The translations under genes were made by a program, and so were the position numbers. A DNA stretch of 63,715 nt, the filler included, from Collodictyon triciliatum (lineage: Eukaryota), in NCBI GenBank assembly GCA_043381765.1. It is 11 parts of 11 records of this genome, joined end to end, with 100 filler letters (N's around TTAATTAATTAA, not from the genome) between each part and the next. Parts side by side here need not be neighbours in the genome. Positions count along the whole stretch, not along the records: positions 1 to 6,482 come from JBHJMP010004428.1; positions 6,583 to 13,065 come from JBHJMP010004429.1; positions 13,166 to 19,647 come from JBHJMP010004430.1; 8 more parts are not named here. One strand, written 5' to 3'. Positions 1 to 13,483 of the stretch are shown piece by piece. The notes under the pieces are model-generated. The model did not search any database. It saw only the letters and a list, made by a program, of their open reading frames with translations, and was not told the DNA's origin. Within the stretch, counting starts at the first letter, position 1. Each line of letters opens with the position of its first letter.

Positions 1-1098
1 TTTTTTATTCCTTTTTTTATTCCTTTTTTTATTCCTTTTTTTATTCCTTTTTTTATTCCTTTTTTTATTCCTTTTTTTATTCCTTTTTTTATTCCTTTTC
101 TATTCCTTGATTTGATGTTGAGATGCTCTTACGATGAATAGAGCCAGAAGTGACTCTCTATTAATCCCACACAGGCGCCATACTCCCACCACACAGCCCC
201 GTGCACAATACACTCGCGGTCTCAATCCAACCTTGGAGGAAGCGCATCGTCCATTCCACCAATCACGCACGCCAGGCCCGTTAGTCCTTTCAACACGCGT
301 CCCCGGCCCGCCTCAGGCCACTTCTCCAAGCAACCGAAATCCTGACCGACTCAGCCGATGCCGATATGCCGCTGCCTGTTCCCGGGCCTCATACTCCTTT
401 CCTGGCAAATAAAACTCTGTGCTTTTTCCTTAACGAGGCATTTGTGCTTCGTTTATGTTTTTTTTTTGTAATTTATCTTAATTTTTATTTTTTTGGTATT
501 CTTTACTTCTTTTCCTTGGCCGTGGGCGCTGAGCATCATCGCCTGTCAAGTGCTGTTGTCGGTGCTGCGAAGCTGGTCTTTTTCGAGGGGTGTGATGCTT
601 CTTTGGTCGCTCCAGTAGAGGCGGCTTTGGTTGTGGGTGAACGGCTGTGTTTCTCTTTGGGAACGAGCCTCATCGCAGATCTGCTCCTTGGTGAACTGCT
701 GCTTGTTTCTTATTCTTATTATTTGTATTATTTCTTTTACTTTTTTAAAAGAATTACTCCTTATTTTTAATGTTTTGCGTTGCTTTTTTATTGCTTTTTT
801 ATTGCTTTTTTATTGCTTTTTATTGGTGTTCACTGGTTTTCACCGGGTTAATTGACTTAATGTTATTTATTTTCATTTGCTTGCCTCCGTTTCATATGTA
901 TATATATGGGAGACAATTATATCATTTTAACTCTGTCACCTCGATGACGCCTTTCTTCTTTGATATTATCGAAGAAGGTTTTCCTCATTTGCGCATTTCT
1001 TCTAATGGTGACCATCTATCAAAGAATTCTATTATCTGAAATTGATATCTTAATATTCAACATTTAGGTCAGGCGGTCAGACATATTTTGTCGACAGT

Positions 1099-4000
1099 AT
1101 GCTTGATTCCATTTATGCGGCGGCAGAGGCTTCCGTCACTGACGTAAATAACGCATAAATATACTGCTTTGATTAATCTTTTGGCTATTTTGAATACTAC
1201 TCGTCGATTATAATAAAAAAAAATTAGCGTGAATCGTAAAATACACTTGGTTTGATTTTACTGACAACTAAAGCATAAAAACGATGTGCAGATTCAAATA
1301 AAAATGTTTGAGTGTGCAATCGTGATCGGAAAAGGGGACACAATCGAGAATGTTGCTCCGTTGGCTAAGCTGATAAATGACACTAGAAAGGTATGTATTT
1401 CAAAAAAAAAAATGGCACAGTCTATTTCACATGGGTTCATATTTATCGTACTTATTAGACAAAATTACATATCCATTTTTTTCATATACCATAAGACCGT
1501 CGGTAAATACTTGCCTTTGCACGTCGAATTGACCACTATCCCACACTACTTAAGAGAGCAAGTCAAAGAGGTTTTATTTCATTTAACTAGTCTTATGCTG
1601 TAAAATATTGATGCAATCCATCCTTTTTGTGACAAATATGTAATGCATTGTTTCTTGTAATCGAACTAAGAATATAAGCATAAGAAAGACTTGGAATCTA
1701 CAAACTCTTTTCCTCTTCTTTAATCACGTATTTTTTTTTGTCTATAGATCGCCCCAGCCGCACCGATTTATCAAATATTTTTCATTATTAAACGCATATT
1801 GACCGAGATTGAATTTCGATTTGGGTCAATGCTTTCTCAAATAAAAAAGTCGGAGTCAATCGATGAGACAGTGCCTATTGCCAAAGAGATTAGCAGTCTT
1901 CGCAAGGTATCTCTTCCTATATATCGGTGAATATTTGTTCAAGTAATATAATATATGTATAAGTCGTTTTTATCTGTAAATTAACCATATCTTTTCTTTC
2001 CCCTTTTTTTTACATTGAAAAGTCTATTTTAAGAGACAAATCGCTGCGCAGCTTCATGTCTCTTTATCCTGATATGTTCAGTACTCCTATACATGGGAAA
2101 TCGGCTCGACAGTCGTGCTACATCGAAAAACTATCACCAAGAAGTCTGACTCAAGCGATAGGTCAGAGGGGAGATAGAAGCTCAATTGATTTAGCATCAA
2201 ACCGTATTTTGGACCTCAAAACACAGATTATTTTCCAAGTGAATGATCTTCACGACCAAGTCAAAATAATATCTGCTTTGATGGAGCAATCAACAATCAT
2301 GAGTGATGCTGTTCGATATAACCGAGTTTTGATGGAAACTCGAAAAGTTTAGTTTTACTTAATTTGATTTGTTTGTTTCTCATATCCTCTTTTCTTTTTG
2401 TTTCCCTTTTTTTCGCATTTTAGTGAGTTTATTTGGTCATAAATATGCGTTCCTTTGGAAAAAAATTGCAACTTTTACAGATAGAAAAATATACTAGGAA
2501 ATGGAAAAGACGGTTCATCTTCTAAATCTTCAACCAAAAAACACTGAATCAATTTATTTAAAAAAATCCGACTTTGCCTCTAAATCTCAAGAGCATATAT
2601 ATACGTCTGCAAATCAGGTGAGTCATTACAAGAGAACCATTTACTTTCAATAGAAAAAGGAATGGAGTGCCTTTATTTCAAGAGTCCATAATGTTTTCTT
2701 TTGAAATTTTCTTTTTAACCTTTCGTGTCTGATAGGCTCTATGCGAGATGTTTTCCATCACTGAATGCATCAGAGAATCTTTATCTCCTTTGGCTTCTAT
2801 CCCTATGATAATGAAACTTTCTTCATTTCTTGCTGATTCTATAATGGTATTTACTACTTTCGTGAAACATTTATTATCACTAATATTTTTACATTCTCAA
2901 TTCATGAATGGGACAAAGAAACTTAATCTTTTTGTAATGCTCATACGAATTTACTTAAGGTTGCTAAGGATTTGAGAGGAAATAGAAGCACCATTTCTCG
3001 GAGAGGAACTGTGACTGATCGATTGGAGCCCGTGAGTGAGGTTCGCGCATCTGGGAGTTCAGACTGGAACCAAAATCCTTCATTTTTGAGCATGACCTTG
3101 CCTCCAATGCCATTCCATCGGGTTTTTATTATTATTATTATTAATAATAATAATAAAAAAGAAAAGCATAATTCATGAATCTATATTTTGAAAACTTTTT
3201 GAGCTACTTAATTCACGACTCTTTGAATTGCGACTATATTTTTGAAGGATATCTCTCAACGGCAAATGGAGTCTGAAGAATATTTAGAGGAATTAAGAAG
3301 CATCTCCACATCGATACTTAAGGAAATATTTGCTATTATTGATGAAATATCTGTAAGTTTAGCATACATAATTGCTGTAAAATTCCCTGTGTATTCCTTA
3401 CATCATATCCTATTCATTTAGGATCATTCTTTTCAATCTGTTCATAGAATTTATCTACTTAAACCATACAAACTTTTAGAGTCGATTCAAGGCGACTGAT
3501 TCACTCGGAATGTCTATCTTTATGGCCAAATCCGTTGCCAACATGCGGACGGTAAGACTTTGAAGGAAGGAAACGAAGCAAACATTTTGGAATGAAGACA
3601 TGAAATATCAACCACGTTTTTTTTTTTTTATCTTTACCCTAGATTCTCAAGGCGTTTCCTAATAGCGAGCGGGTGACTTTTTTGAGACGCAGAGTTCAAA
3701 GAGAGAGTTTCGATTATCAAAATGTATCCTTATATTGATCTTTTGATACGGATTTGTCCTTGTTGCTTGACTGACATAATGCACAATTCCCTCTTTGAAT
3801 TTACATTCTTTTTTTCTTCGTTTTTTCTTCAAATACACATAACCTTTATTAAATTCTGTAGCTGTCAGCTTGACTCTAACTGAAAAGGAACATGTGCAGG
3901 TTTTTTTCTGGGGTCTACTAACCTAATTTTTGCATTTGCTTGATGATTTAGGCCGTTCACTTGGGGCTAATTGATGTTAAGGACAGACTGAAAGCATTAT

Positions 4001-4210
4001 CGGATTCTTTTTCGACTGTGTCTAAACTTCCCGAGGCTATCAAGATGGCGAATATTTTGAAAGATATTAAACTTGTATGTTGAATGTGTTTCACAAAAAT
4101 CGTATTGAATAAGGGAAAATTGAAACCGCTATGCTTCTTCAGTGCAGTATTTGGTTATTTTCATGCTCTTTAAAAAAATTGATGTGTTTGCGCTAGCTTA
4201 GCTTCAATAT

Positions 4211-4293
<83 letters not shown>

Positions 4294-6322
4294 GAATATG
4301 GATAATATGCTCAGTGCAATCGATGATTATCAAAATCGGAAAATTTCAGTGAAGCCGTCCAGGTCCACTCGAAGAGAAATTCAATTAGAAACAGACGTAT
4401 GAGATTCTCGATTCAATTTTGTAAAAACATAGCCTTTTCATTTTCGTCCAATACATGGTTGTTATCAAGCCATCTATTCTCTTTGAAAATCCGACTTAGT
4501 TGCAAAACAAATAACTAATTGTTTTATTTTATCAGCCATCAGCGTCTCGTGGAACGGAAGATAGTAGTAAGCAAGAAACTTCATTTAGACTTGAAACAAC
4601 ACCATTTTCTCTAGAGGCGTTAATCCAGCAGATGAAGCAGGTTATAGTAGAAAAAAGTGTGTAAAGAGCACGCAACTAGAACTATGACATTATTGGATTT
4701 AGTTCTTTTGTTAATTTTATTTTCATTTAAATATTAGATATGTGGTGACCCATCACAGGGATCACAGGTTTCAATGTCTACACCACAATCCATTTCCAGT
4801 AAATTAAACAAGTTGAGAGAGTATGTTTGGTCAGACGAGGAGGAGGCAAAAAGAACGCTGGAAAGTATTTTTTTTAGAACATAAGCTCATATAAAAAATG
4901 GAAGAAAAATACAGGAAAATCGAGTATATGTTTAAATTATCATTCGTATGTATTTATTGGTCCTAAGATTTATCATCTCTATTATGCGCATTTGCATATT
5001 ATAGTCGAGAAGGAAGTGGAGGTGATACAACAAGAACTTATTCTTGTCAATATTGAGAGACACAAACTCACGTTGTCAGTTATGAATCTAGACAGAAAGA
5101 TTAACATGATTGGTAAGGAGTTGGTTCTATTAGGATTCATGTCTCAGCCGTGCTTTTAATCGTTTTTTTTCTTTTTCGAATTGAAAAAATTAATTAATTC
5201 AAACAGTGAAGGCTCAAAAGATGGAAGATGAAGACTCTGATGAGATTTTACAATTCTTTGATGAAAATGCTAGATCTGAACATCCTCTTGGGAATCAAAA
5301 AGAGGTTTATAATATTAATTTTTTTATTGATGGATAATATGAAATTCAAGACAAAAATTAGTCAAATAATATTACAGGCTTCTTTGAGGTCCTTTATGAA
5401 TGACAATTAATTGAATGTTATTTATTTTGAAAAACATATATTTTCCTTCATCTCTATCAACCACGATATTTCAAATATTTCTACATTTAATTATTATTAT
5501 TTAGTATTATGAAAAAATCTTGTTTCTGTTGAGGCGAGACCCACACTATATAACTGCAATGATGCCGCATGTAACTCACGAGGAACTTGACATCCTTGCA
5601 CAAGTGAATTTTCTTTCAAAAGGAATAAATGAAAATTCTTTTTGAATATATTTTCCTTATTTGTAAAGATAAAGTCCTGAATTACTGACAATGGATAATA
5701 TTTTTTCTGTTTCACTAGACAATCAACAACTCTTTGTTCTCTGATATCTTTCTGTATAGAGAGGAGGCTATGCTTCTCAAAATCATTACAGTTAAGTTAA
5801 AATTACTCTTTTTTGAAAATGAAGGTTTATACTTGAACTGCTATCCTATGACAGAGCCTTTCTGTTTCTTTTCCTTTTATGTATTTACTTATTTTCACTT
5901 ACAATATTTATGTGTTAATTTTTGTAGTTCTTTTGCTCTTATTTTTTTTATTTTCTTGTCTTATTGTTATAAATTAAGATTGGTAAACATTTTTTCCATT
6001 TTGAACTAACCATATTTGTTACTTACAGAGTGTAATGGCCAAATCATTTGAGACATGCAAAGATGTCCGAAATTTTCTTCGCTCAAATTCTTTGGTTACT
6101 AAGTTAATGTCAGGATATACGAGGTATTCCAATTTATCAATATTGCCATTGATGTTTTGACTAAAAGCCCATATCATGATAAGCCCCTTAAATCAAGTAT
6201 ATTGCTGCTTTAATTGTTGCAGGAGACAAAGCGGTAAGTTACATCTCCATGAAATATTCAAGTATGATATAGAGAAGTTAATTAAAGGAGATACAAATAA
6301 CCTTGAACTGGACCCAGTGAAG
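1099..6322 (+). CDS. Multi-exon RasGAP of the Gap1/IQGAP-related type with a long helical N-terminus; 3'-truncated at contig end
   Basis: Spliced exons 5505-5603 (YYEKILFLLRRDPHYITAMMPHVTHEELDILAQ), 5719-5790 (TINNSLFSDIFLYREEAMLLKIIT), ~6029-6123 (FETCKDVRNFLRSNSLVTKLMSGYTR) and 6223-6322 (RQSGKLHLHEIFKYDIEKLIKGDTNNLELDPVK) match the LFFLLQ..REE.LLL..LLRAN..MMTTYTRRGPGQ..LEINPLK pattern of this family. A coiled-coil exon lies at ~5004-5112. The start at 1099 (MLDSIYAAAEASVTD|GT) is inferred. Confidence 0.8.
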
Positions 6323-6386
6323 GTAACTCTAAAAATGAATTACAACACAAAATTTCTGGAAGGGGCGGATGGAAACCCCATACCAA

Positions 6387-6482
<96 letters not shown>

Positions 6483-6582
6483 NNNNNNNNNNNNNNNNNN
6501 NNNNNNNNNNNNNNNNNNNNNNNNNNTTAATTAATTAANNNNNNNNNNNNNNNNNNNNNNNNNNNNNNNNNNNNNNNNNNNN
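6483..6582. other. Artificial contig-joining spacer N44-TTAATTAATTAA-N44 (also at 13066, 19648, 26221, 32793, 39364, 45934, 52500, 59064, 61685)
   Basis: Identical 100-nt cassette with stops in all six frames, ten times; genes on either side are unrelated and truncated. Confidence 0.98.
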
Positions 6583-6606
6583 ATAATGATAATAATGATA
6601 ATAATG

Positions 6607-6653
<47 letters not shown>

Positions 6654-6871
6654 CATAATCATAATCATAATCATAATCATAATCATAATAATAACAATAA
6701 CAATAACAATAATAATAATAATAACGATAATAATAATAATAAGCGGGAAGTTCCATCAAATTCTGTGATTACCATTTCGTATCCTTCATGTATTGTCCCC
6801 CTGCCTTAAAACCAAGGTATGAATTGCTTCATCGTGGAGTTTACCATTTGGCATACATTATATTTATTCAG

Positions 6872-7856
6872 ATTAAATACGGGGTGAAAGCATCTTCTGG
6901 CGGCGGTCGTTCGAGTGCCCGTGAGACAATCGGCCGTGTGGCAGCAGGCGCAATTGCAGAGAAGTTTCTGCTGGAGGTTTGCTTACCAAAAGCATTTTTC
7001 CAATTATTTTTTTGATCGTCGAATCACATTCGCTGCAACCACATTTTTGATTCTTGTTATTCTTACCTGTTATTCGTCCTTACTCACACAACACTCGTGT
7101 GTGAAGTAGTATAATTCAATCAAGATGCATAATTTCTCTGGTTGAATTGTTTCTCCATTGCTCAGGCATACGGTGTTGAAATCATCGCGTGGGTTAGCGG
7201 TGTTGGCCCTGTCCAAGCGAGTCGTGACTTTGAATCCAAGAACGTTACTCGCGATGAGATTGACGAGACGTTCATTAGATGCCCTGATGCTGTATACCTC
7301 TATGTTTCTATATAATTCATATTCACCATACAAACATCGAATACTTTCCGTTATGGTTTTTGGTCCCCAAACTCCCTTACTGGTCAGTTTCACTCTTTGT
7401 CCCTTGGATATAATGACACCGATTGAACACTGTAGGAGGCACGCCCTTTGATGATGAAGCAGATTGATGAAGCACGTGAGGTTAGAATAGTGTTAATTGA
7501 AGTTTCTTACGTCTCCTATTTTGAATATGATATCTTAGGATTTCCTTAACAAAAGGATTCGCGTTTTCTTTTCGCAATCTTTACGATCATTATCTCACCA
7601 AGTTCTAGTGTGTTTTACACTTAATCAGCCCTGATGACAATAGGCAAAAGACTCTATTGGAGGAGTGGTCACTTGTGTTTGTCGCAATATTCCGCCCGGA
7701 TGGGGAGAACCTTGCTTCGATAAACTCGAGGCTCTATTGGGCCACGCGATGCTTTCCATTCCTGCGACGAAGGGATTCGAGGTTGGAAGGTAAACTTGCT
7801 AATCTATTGATGTTCGACATTACACAATCTATGTATCTATGTATCTATGTATCTAT

Positions 7857-7945
<89 letters not shown>

Positions 7946-9707
7946 CATCCATCCAATTTTATTCCAACTTTCCAAGACTATGTTTACAAATATATTTTTA
8001 TAATTTCGTAATCAATGCGCTAATTTATCAAAAAATGCGTATTTCTCTATCGAGATATCAACTTCGATGATATATGGTTAATGTTAACTTATTAACTACA
8101 TCAACTCGTGCCGATTACAGCGGATTTGAGGGCGCCACAATGCGCGGTTCTGCACACAATGACCTATTCATCCAGAAGGGAGACCGTCTGGGAACTGTTT
8201 GTATTGCATCAATCCAAGCTGATATCCCTTATATATAATCGCCAACTTGGCCAAATACACCGCGCATTCCAGATAACCACAAGAAAAAAAATCTCGATAT
8301 TATTAATTTGCATGTCAATCTTTCATCTCATCAGGTCACAAACAACAGCGGCGGTATTCAAGGAGGCATTACCAACGGCGAAAATATCGTCATGCGCATC
8401 GCATTCAAGCCTCCAGCAACCATCGGGATGGCCCAAGTATGCACGACCGATTCCGATCCGCATAGACTCTTTTCTTTTTTCTGCACACTTATGCGAATTT
8501 GTGGTAGTAATCCCAGAGGCATATATAATCATTAATCCAATTTAACCAGGAAACTGCCACTTTTGACGGAACCCCAGCAACCCTAGAAGCCAAAGGACGC
8601 CATGACCCATGTGAGTAGCTGCCCTTTACTCTAATTTTTTTCTCTCTAACAATATATATATCTATAAACACATGATTTCACCCTTGTAATTTTTCTTAAT
8701 ATTTCGTAGTTTATCTATCATTCACCTCTTCTCCAATATTTTCTTCTTTGATTTAAACTGTATCTAATTTTTTAAAACTTATTCTATTTTACCTGCTACG
8801 CTTGCATCTTCACACATAAATATGGGCATAAACAAAAATATTGGCACATTTATAAATACATTCATAAATACATTCATAAACACAATCATAAATACAATCA
8901 TAAATACATTCATAAATACATTCATAAACACAATCATAAATACAATCATAAATACAATCATAAATACATACATAAACACAATCATAAATACATTCATAAA
9001 CACAATCATAAATACAATCATAAATACAATCATAAATACAATCATAAATACAATCATAAATACATACATAAACACAATCATAAATAAATTCATAAACACA
9101 ATCATAAATACAATCATAAATACAATCATAAATACAATCATAAATACAATCATAAATACATTCATAAATACATACATAAACACAATCATAAATACAATCA
9201 TAAATACAATCATAAACACATTCATTAATACGTTCATAAATACAATCATGAATACATTCATAAATACATTCATAGATACATTCATAAACACATTCATAGA
9301 TACATTCATAAACACAATCACCCACGCCTGAATATTCGCATCGCAAGACCTAACGCCCCTGCCTCACAGGCGTTGTCCCGCGCGCCGTGCCGATTGTGGA
9401 GGCGATGGCTGCACTCGTCCTTGCCGACGTGGCCCTTCTGCAGGAGGCGCGCATCCGCTCCATACAATGTCCCGGTCCCTCCCAAACTCATCCTTTCTTT
9501 TCTATCTTTTCTCCAAAGAAAAGCATCAAAGCGATTGCCTCAACAATACTCGATATTTTGTCTCGCCACGTCTGATGTGCGCCATTGATTATCACAGTTG
9601 TGGCGCCGTCAAACTTCCCGTCCGTCTCCTTCCCACACAAGAAGACTGCCGAGTCCAGCAAAACACAAGAGCCCAACGCCGACGAGAAGCCAGTCTCGAG
9701 CGAATAG
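6872..9707 (+). CDS. ARO2: Chorismate synthase (5' exons missing beyond contig start)
   Basis: Exons encode [95 protein letters not shown] and [26 protein letters not shown], all signature motifs. GT-AG introns. The last exon and stop at 9705-9707 are inferred. Confidence 0.97.
8852..9320. repeat. Intronic 12-bp minisatellite (ATAAATACAATC / ATAAATACATTC / ATAAACACAATC / ATAAATACATAC variants), ~39 units
   Basis: Directly visible tandem array inside the chorismate synthase intron 8611-9369; it generates the spurious ORFs at 8779-9346. Confidence 0.95.
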
Positions 9708-10139
9708 TGCTGCCTTTTGCTAGATTACTTCTCCATCGATAAAGAAACCCCACTTACCTTCTTATTGTCCTCTTCTGACCAGAGTTCCTTTTCTTTCTTT
9801 CTTTTTTTTTTTTCCTTCCTTCTCTCGCTCAAGAACCACCGTCTGAGTAACTCATATCGAAAGTGTAACTTGCGCATCCAACAAACCATATGAGAAACCG
9901 GACTACACGTATATTGCGCTGTTAAAATCCTGCTTCTCGATGCACTGTGCAATCGCCTTTCTTTTCCCACTTTGTCAGCACCAGGTCACGCACTTGTCCA
10001 CTTGTCCAAGCAATCTGGCGAGCATTGGACTTTCTCTCATCCCTTTTGTGGTGGCCTTCCTCTTCGTCGCCCAGCCGCGGGTATGAGCGAGTATGACTAT
10101 TTGGTTTTACTCCGGGTTTATGGGAAGGGCTCTGTGGAT

Positions 10140-10477
10140 TTACTTTTTGCCGGCGTTTGGGTCGTCCGTGGCCACCTCTGCAAAGCGCAGCCCCATCCGC
10201 GTTGATGCCTCTTTGAACTTGACTGTGCAGTTATTTACGCATCCGTTTTCCTTCTCGTCTAGCTTGGCAGTCTTTGGTTGATCCACACAGCTCTGGAAAC
10301 AGTGCTCGACGAGCGAGTTGTACATTTTGACCATGTCTCGGGCCTTTTACATGATGGTTGTGTGAGAGATTCGCTGCTTCTTTCCTCTTGTGTTTCATTT
10401 TACTTCAGCGTTGGGAAATACGCTGCGACCATTGCAATAAAAAGAACACCAAAAAACGGGAATAATAATACTAATAC

Positions 10478-10537
<60 letters not shown>

Positions 10538-10810
10538 GTAGCGACCTCATTGAAAAGAGCAAGACAATAAAACAAAAAAAAATGATAAAAAAGAATAGGA
10601 GGAAAATATTTTTTTTTCCTTTATTCGATTCAAAGTATAGGAAGAAAATATAATAAAAATGAGACGAAAGAATGAACAAGACGAGAGAAAGGCAGGAATA
10701 GAAAATAGGGGCGCTAAGAGAAAGTTGGAGGGCAATACCTGAATGTCATTCAGACGATCCATCAGAGCCTTTTGTGCAGGGTCATCACCAAGAAGTTGCA
10801 TCGGATTCAT
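10140..10810 (-). CDS. TIM9: Mitochondrial intermembrane-space small Tim chaperone, Tim9-like (2 exons: 10810-10739, 10343-10140)
   Basis: MNPMQLLGDDPAQKALMDRLNDIQ|ARDMVKMYNSLVEHCFQSCVDQPKTAKLDEKENGCVNNCTVKFKEASTRMGLRFAE: twin CX3C motif with 15-residue spacing and the Tim9-type YNSLVE.CF..CV / KF....R.G.RF pattern. Confidence 0.85.
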
Positions 10811-11206
10811 CTTGCTTGGAGAGTTCGTTATGCGGTTTAAATTAGACTCAAGCATTTACATGCTTCCTTAGACGATAGGTTTTCTTCTTCGCGAAGCCTC
10901 TCTCACCCAACTAGAAGAGTCACCTTTCCACCGCCCTCAACCACGATCGGCAGCTGTGATCATCAAAAGGAAAGTTTGATCTCGATCGATTGTGGTGAGT
11001 CCATTTCTGGAATAAAAGACAAGGGTGGAAGAGCGCGTCTTAATCTGGACAAGTTCTTCAGAAGGCCAACAACCAAACCAGATTGGGCTGCGAAGAAGAG
11101 AAACAAATCGTCGAAATAAAAATAAATAAAAAACAAAACAAAAAACAAATACTAACGACAATCATTGGCGTACAAGGAGGAATAATTTGGGATTTTTTTT
11201 TTATTG

Positions 11207-12358
11207 CTACAGGCAACAGACAGTATTATTTTTGACCTGAGCAACATAAAGTCTTCCATCAGGCCCAAATCTGCACCCGCTAGCTCCCTTGCATGATATT
11301 TTTCTGAGCAACAGGAACTCCTTACTGTAAAAGAATATTGACCCATTCCAATAATCCGTTACAATGAATCCACCACCAAAACTTCGGGCCATCCCATTTC
11401 CGTAGCATGTCGTCTCGATTTTATGCCTTTCAATGAATTGTCCATCTTGATCGAATACAAGGACAGCTCGATTACCGCCTTCGACGACCAAAAGTTGCTC
11501 TGAATCGTTTATAGCCAGGCCATAAGGTTCCCCCACTGGAGCTTTAGATGAGCTGTCTCCTATGTGGCATATAAAATCTCCATTCATAGAATACTTGAAC
11601 ACAGACCCTTCATTACAATCTGCAACGTAAAAACTGCCGTGCTTGTCAACAGCCGTGAAAAAAGGAGACATTATTTCAGGCTCTAGCGAAGCTTCACCAG
11701 ACATTCCATTCCACCAAACTGGGTTTCCACACATCCTTATCAATGTTCCATCCAAACGAAGAACCCAAATGCAACTTGGTTCGTTGCTGCAAGCAACATA
11801 GAGTCGTTCTCCATCGTTTGAAAATTCCAGCGACCGAGGGTACCTGAAATCAACACGTGCTTCCACCTTGAATACCTCAATAAACTCGAGATTCGGAGTG
11901 AAAACCTGGATGCGATTATTACCAGAATCTGCAACATAGACATTCCCTGTCGCAGGGTGGATAGCTAAATCATTTGGTTTGCGAAACTTACCCAGCTCCG
12001 AACCTTCACTGCCAACTTGAATTTTTATTTCCTCTGTTATCGTTTCCCATTTCCTTGGAATAGAATATCTCCCCGAATGAACAATCCTTGTCTTTGACAA
12101 TCCTGATTCCGAAGACACAGACTCATTTACAAGGTCAGCAATACGGTCCCAGGCTACATGGACCGGACGAACATACGACAGGTTTGCATGGAATGTGCTG
12201 TTTGTTGATAAACACGATTTCAAGACACTTAACCACGGGATGAATAATCCAGCCATATCTTTGTGTGAAGTTCGAGTGCGGGCGCGGGCATTCACTTGCA
12301 TAATGGCTCGAAGATAGTGAGACGAAAGGACGTTTTGTTGCTCAGTCAATCCATTCAT
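11207..12358 (-). CDS. Intronless NHL-repeat (beta-propeller) protein, 383 aa
   Basis: GSEGSELGKFRKPNDLAIHPATGNVYVADSGNNRIQVF and PYGLAINDSEQLLVVEGGNRAVLVFDQDGQFI are NHL repeats; single uninterrupted ORF. Confidence 0.85.
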   Translation of the reverse strand: MNGLTEQQNVLSSHYLRAIMQVNARARTRTSHKDMAGLFIPWLSVLKSCLSTNSTFHANLSYVRPVHVAWDRIADLVNESVSSESGLSKTRIVHSGRYSIPRKWETITEEIKIQVGSEGSELGKFRKPNDLAIHPATGNVYVADSGNNRIQVFTPNLEFIEVFKVEARVDFRYPRSLEFSNDGERLYVACSNEPSCIWVLRLDGTLIRMCGNPVWWNGMSGEASLEPEIMSPFFTAVDKHGSFYVADCNEGSVFKYSMNGDFICHIGDSSSKAPVGEPYGLAINDSEQLLVVEGGNRAVLVFDQDGQFIERHKIETTCYGNGMARSFGGGFIVTDYWNGSIFFYSKEFLLLRKISCKGASGCRFGPDGRLYVAQVKNNTVCCL

Positions 12359-13483
12359 TTTGTTTGCTGAAGCCCGGCAGCCATCAAGCTATGCGTTAAT
12401 AACCAATTAGAGGCCAGCTTCTGATCTGGGATTATTGTGACACTTTTTGTTTTCTTCGTCTATTAGATAAAACTTGTGATGAAGAAAGTGGTACTTGATC
12501 AAGCGCTCGTTTCTGCCAGAAAGCTACTTGGGCCATGAGTTTTTGGTAAAAGCTTATTATCTCAGAGTCTGCACCCTCGCAGAAACTCGCTATCTATTTG
12601 GAATGCTGTCAGTCAACTCTGTTCTTGTTGGGTCATAATGCTACAAGGGAAGAACACCTGATCGCTGCGCACGTCAAGCTCGCTCGCCCGGGCCCGAACC
12701 AAACTGATCTCTGCCATGATGGACTCCTTGGTTTGTCGTATGAAACAGCCTCAGTCTTTTCTCTCCCCCTCGCCCTCTCCTTTTCATGGTTATTTTGATT
12801 ATTATACTTTTGTTATTGTCACTGTTGTTATTATTGTAATTGTTGCAATTATTTTTTTTTTAATTCTTTAGGTGTTTCGATCAATTTTTAGGACGGATGT
12901 TTTTCCTTGCTGCTTCGGAAGTGATCTTTGTTTTGGTCCGCGCGCGTTCCAGCACAAACCGAAAAACCGATACTTGAATCAAATATCACAAAACAAAAAA
13001 CGAAAAACGAAAAACAAAAAACAAAAAACAAAAAACAAAAAACAAAAAACAAAAAACAAAAAACANNNNNNNNNNNNNNNNNNNNNNNNNNNNNNNNNNN
13101 NNNNNNNNNTTAATTAATTAANNNNNNNNNNNNNNNNNNNNNNNNNNNNNNNNNNNNNNNNNNNNTTTCATTTCTTTCATTTCTTTCATTTCTTTCATTT
13201 CTTTCATTTCTTTCATTTCTTTCATTTCTTTCATTTCTTTCATTTCTTTCATTTCTTTCATTTCTTTCATTTCTTTCATTTCTTTCTTTTCTTTCTTTTC
13301 TTTCTTTTCTTTCTTTTCTTTCTTTTCTTTCTTTTCTTTCTTTTCTTTCTTTTCTTTTGTCCTCTCATATCAATTATTCTATTGGTTATTTTTATTTTGC
13401 CTGTTCTTTGCTGGAGTTGTCTTCGCAGCTATCTACACAATGGTTTACATGAGATATATCCTTTCCCTGGGATGCAGTTCAGA

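Noticed and set aside
313-1014. Small spliced minus-strand gene (KTFFDNIKEERRHRE; KEYEAREQAAAYRHRL) divergent from the RasGAP
   Set aside because: Exon-like stretches exist, but I could not build a consistent frame or recognise a family.
6362-6768. Poly-L/Y/I/N and similar low-complexity ORFs here and at 19243-19966, 26072-26573, 27014-27598, 47490-47687, 59112-59567
   Set aside because: Microsatellite translations in introns or at contig ends.
8779-9346. Long repeat-protein ORFs or a CRISPR-like array
   Set aside because: Translations of an intronic 12-mer minisatellite; no unique spacers and no cas genes.
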